A stretch of DNA of 64,000 nucleotides from an uncultured Pelagibacteraceae bacterium (GTDB lineage: Bacteria; Pseudomonadota; Alphaproteobacteria; Pelagibacterales; Pelagibacteraceae): contig CACDUM010000002.1 of the NCBI GenBank assembly GCA_902555965.1, forward strand, positions 353 to 64,352. The letters run 5' to 3'. Positions 61,963-64,000 of the stretch are shown one piece after another. Within the stretch, counting starts at the first letter, position 1, and each line of letters starts with the position of its first letter. Below the pieces are notes generated by a model that did not search any database, was not told the origin of the DNA, and saw only the letters and a list, made by a program, of their open reading frames with translations. Both the position numbers and the translations under genes were made by a program.

Positions 61963-62901
61963 ATGCCAAGATTAATAAAAATAAAGGGGGATGCATCTTT
62001 TAGACGTTTTTTTAGAAAAAAAGTAAATGGTAAATCCTCCATCGTTGTTTATGCCAAAAAAGAAAAATTTAAAAATTTACTTGTATACGATGCAATAAAT
62101 AAAATTTTAAACAGGAACAAAATTTTAGCACCACGATTATATACCCAGAGATATGATAAAAATTTCATTGAAATAGAAGATTTTGGAAATGAAACTGTTT
62201 TCAAAACATTAAGAAAAAAGGGTAAAAATAAACTAAGCTATTTTAATCGAATAATTGAATTGTTAATACAAATACAATCTATCAAACATAGAAAAGTAAA
62301 AAATTTTAGAAATCAAAATTATATAATTCCAAAATATGATAAAAAGGTTTTAATAAATGAAGCAAATTTATTTTGTGATTGGTATGCAAAAAATAATTTA
62401 TCAAAATTAAGAAAAAAAAAATTTTGTAAAAAATTTAAAAAGATTATTAAAGAATTAACTTTGAAATTAAAATTAAAAGATAATATTTTCGTCCACAGAG
62501 ACTTTCATGTTTCAAATTTAATGTTAGTTAAAAACCAAATAGGTCTTATTGATAGTCAGGACGCATTAATTGGTAACAAAGCTTATGATTTAGCCTCTTT
62601 AATAGATGATGTGAGACTAAAAACTTCTAACTCTTTTAAGGAGAAAATTTTTAAGTTTTATACAAAAAAACAAAAAAACTTGGATGTTAAAAAATTCAAG
62701 AATGATTTTGAAATATTATCAGTTTTAAGAAATCTTAAAATAATTGGAATATTTACCCGCCTAGCACTCAGGGATAGAAAAAAAAATTACTTAAGATTTA
62801 TTCCTTATACATGGCAACTGATTAATATGCGAATTGATCAAAATCAGACATTCATTGATTTGAAAAATTTATTAAGTCAAAATTTTAAAAAGATTAAATG
62901 A
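61963..62901 (+). CDS. amgK: APH-family sugar phosphotransferase, probable MurNAc/GlcNAc anomeric kinase
   Basis: GDASFRRFFR, EDFG, VHRDFH..NL, IDSQDA, YDLASL, KIIGIF.RL; lies between tsaE and murU. Confidence 0.85.
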   Translation: MPRLIKIKGDASFRRFFRKKVNGKSSIVVYAKKEKFKNLLVYDAINKILNRNKILAPRLYTQRYDKNFIEIEDFGNETVFKTLRKKGKNKLSYFNRIIELLIQIQSIKHRKVKNFRNQNYIIPKYDKKVLINEANLFCDWYAKNNLSKLRKKKFCKKFKKIIKELTLKLKLKDNIFVHRDFHVSNLMLVKNQIGLIDSQDALIGNKAYDLASLIDDVRLKTSNSFKEKIFKFYTKKQKNLDVKKFKNDFEILSVLRNLKIIGIFTRLALRDRKKNYLRFIPYTWQLINMRIDQNQTFIDLKNLLSQNFKKIK

Positions 62902-63587
62902 GAATTAAAACAGCTTTGATATTATGCGCAGGCTTCGGATCGAGGTTAAATCCACTTACTTTAAAGACACCTAAACCTCTTTTGAAATTAAATGATAAAA
63001 CAATGTTAGAAGTCTGCATAAATTTAACTTTGAAATTGGGTGTTCAAAAAATTTTTATCAACACATTTCATTTAGGTGATCAAATCTCAAAATTTATTGA
63101 AAATAAAAACTTTCCAATAAATATTCAAATAATCAAAGAGGAAAATGAGATACTTAATACAGGTGGAGGAATATTAAATTTGATAAATTATTCTGATGAC
63201 AACGATTTTATAATTTTTAACCCTGATACTTTATGGCACAAAGATTATCTTCATGAAATCATTCAAATGCAAAATTTTTATTTTTCTAATAAACTAAATA
63301 ATGTTCTCCTGCTATCAAATAAAGAATTAAGTTTTGATAAAAATTTTTTAGGTGATTTTACATTGGAAAATAACTTGATAAAAAAAAATGAAAAAAACGA
63401 TTTGATATATATTGGTTGTCAAATTCTAAACAAAAGTTTATTTAAAGAATATAGTGTCTCAAATTTTTCTATTACAAAAATATGGGATAATTTACGAAGT
63501 GAAAATAAATTAAATGGTTTCCAAAGTAAAAAAAAATTTTATCATTTAACAAATTTAGATGTCTTCAAAAAACTAAAAGATCTTTAG
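62898..63587 (+). CDS. murU: Nucleotidyltransferase, probable MurNAc-1-phosphate uridylyltransferase
   Basis: LCAGFGSRL.PLT..PKPL, INTFHL, LNTGGG; coupled to amgK. Confidence 0.82.
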   Translation: MRIKTALILCAGFGSRLNPLTLKTPKPLLKLNDKTMLEVCINLTLKLGVQKIFINTFHLGDQISKFIENKNFPINIQIIKEENEILNTGGGILNLINYSDDNDFIIFNPDTLWHKDYLHEIIQMQNFYFSNKLNNVLLLSNKELSFDKNFLGDFTLENNLIKKNEKNDLIYIGCQILNKSLFKEYSVSNFSITKIWDNLRSENKLNGFQSKKKFYHLTNLDVFKKLKDL

Positions 63588-64000
63588 CTCTTTCCTTATC
63601 AAGATATTCACATTTTGCTATTGCAAAATTTTCTCTAAATTCTATCAACATAGGGTTTCCAGTGGGTATTTCTAAATTAGAAATTTGTTTATTATCTAAA
63701 TTAAATAAATTCTTACATAGAGCCCTAATAGAGTTTCCGTGTGCAGATATTAAAACATTATTATTTTTTAAATTTTCTTTCACGTGTCCCTCAAAAAAAT
63801 TAATAACTCTTTCATAAGTGTCTTTTAAAGACTCAGTGTCAGGTAATAATTCTCTCGGAATTTGTTTATAAGTTTCAATATTAAGTGGATGATATGGACT
63901 TTCCTTTTTTAGTGGATCTGGTCTTAGATCCCATGATCTTCTAAACTCATAAATTTTATCCTCGCCAATTTTTTTACTCATTTCAATTTTATTCAAACCA
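63565..64000 (-). CDS. gpmA: 2,3-bisphosphoglycerate-dependent phosphoglycerate mutase, 5'-truncated by window edge
   Basis: RRSWD, ESLKDT..RV, AHGNSIRAL, LEIPTG.P. Confidence 0.93.
   Translation of the reverse strand, partial: GLNKIEMSKKIGEDKIYEFRRSWDLRPDPLKKESPYHPLNIETYKQIPRELLPDTESLKDTYERVINFFEGHVKENLKNNNVLISAHGNSIRALCKNLFNLDNKQISNLEIPTGNPMLIEFRENFAIAKCEYLDKERAKDLLVF

Overview
AT-rich, very gene-dense core-genome segment of a SAR11 (Pelagibacterales) alphaproteobacterium. The assignment is inferred from dmdA, class I LysRS, chvI/chvG, regA, gene order and minimal spacers. In order: trmD-rplS-leuCDB; a DMSP demethylation cluster (dmdC-dmdB-alpha/beta hydrolase-dmdA); asd; sdhCDAB; a frameshifted mmsA; mdh-sucCDAB-lpdA; an orphan formyltransferase/beta-propeller fusion; priA; atpHAGDC; a minus-strand block from metX to rppH headed by a SAM-II riboswitch; hisC-tyrA; trkH-ampG-NlpC/P60; lysS-pyrD; rpmB-yhhQ; a decarboxylase-DHS homologue-ureohydrolase polyamine operon; regA; bioY; polA; chvI-chvG-ahcY-tsaE-amgK-murU; and a partial gpmA. 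I saw no tRNA, rRNA, CRISPR array or mobile element. The best candidates for something undescribed are (1) a SAM-II riboswitch whose usual Shine-Dalgarno end is replaced by a U8 tract and which is followed by a near-perfect anti-aptamer strand, (2) the orphan 555-aa fusion gene, (3) a structured, terminator-like leader on the polyamine operon, and (4) the hydrolase sitting where dmdD is missing. Two lesions (mmsA G7 frameshift, tsaE TGA at a conserved Trp) may be sequencing artefacts. All calls come from reading motifs by eye; no database searches were run.
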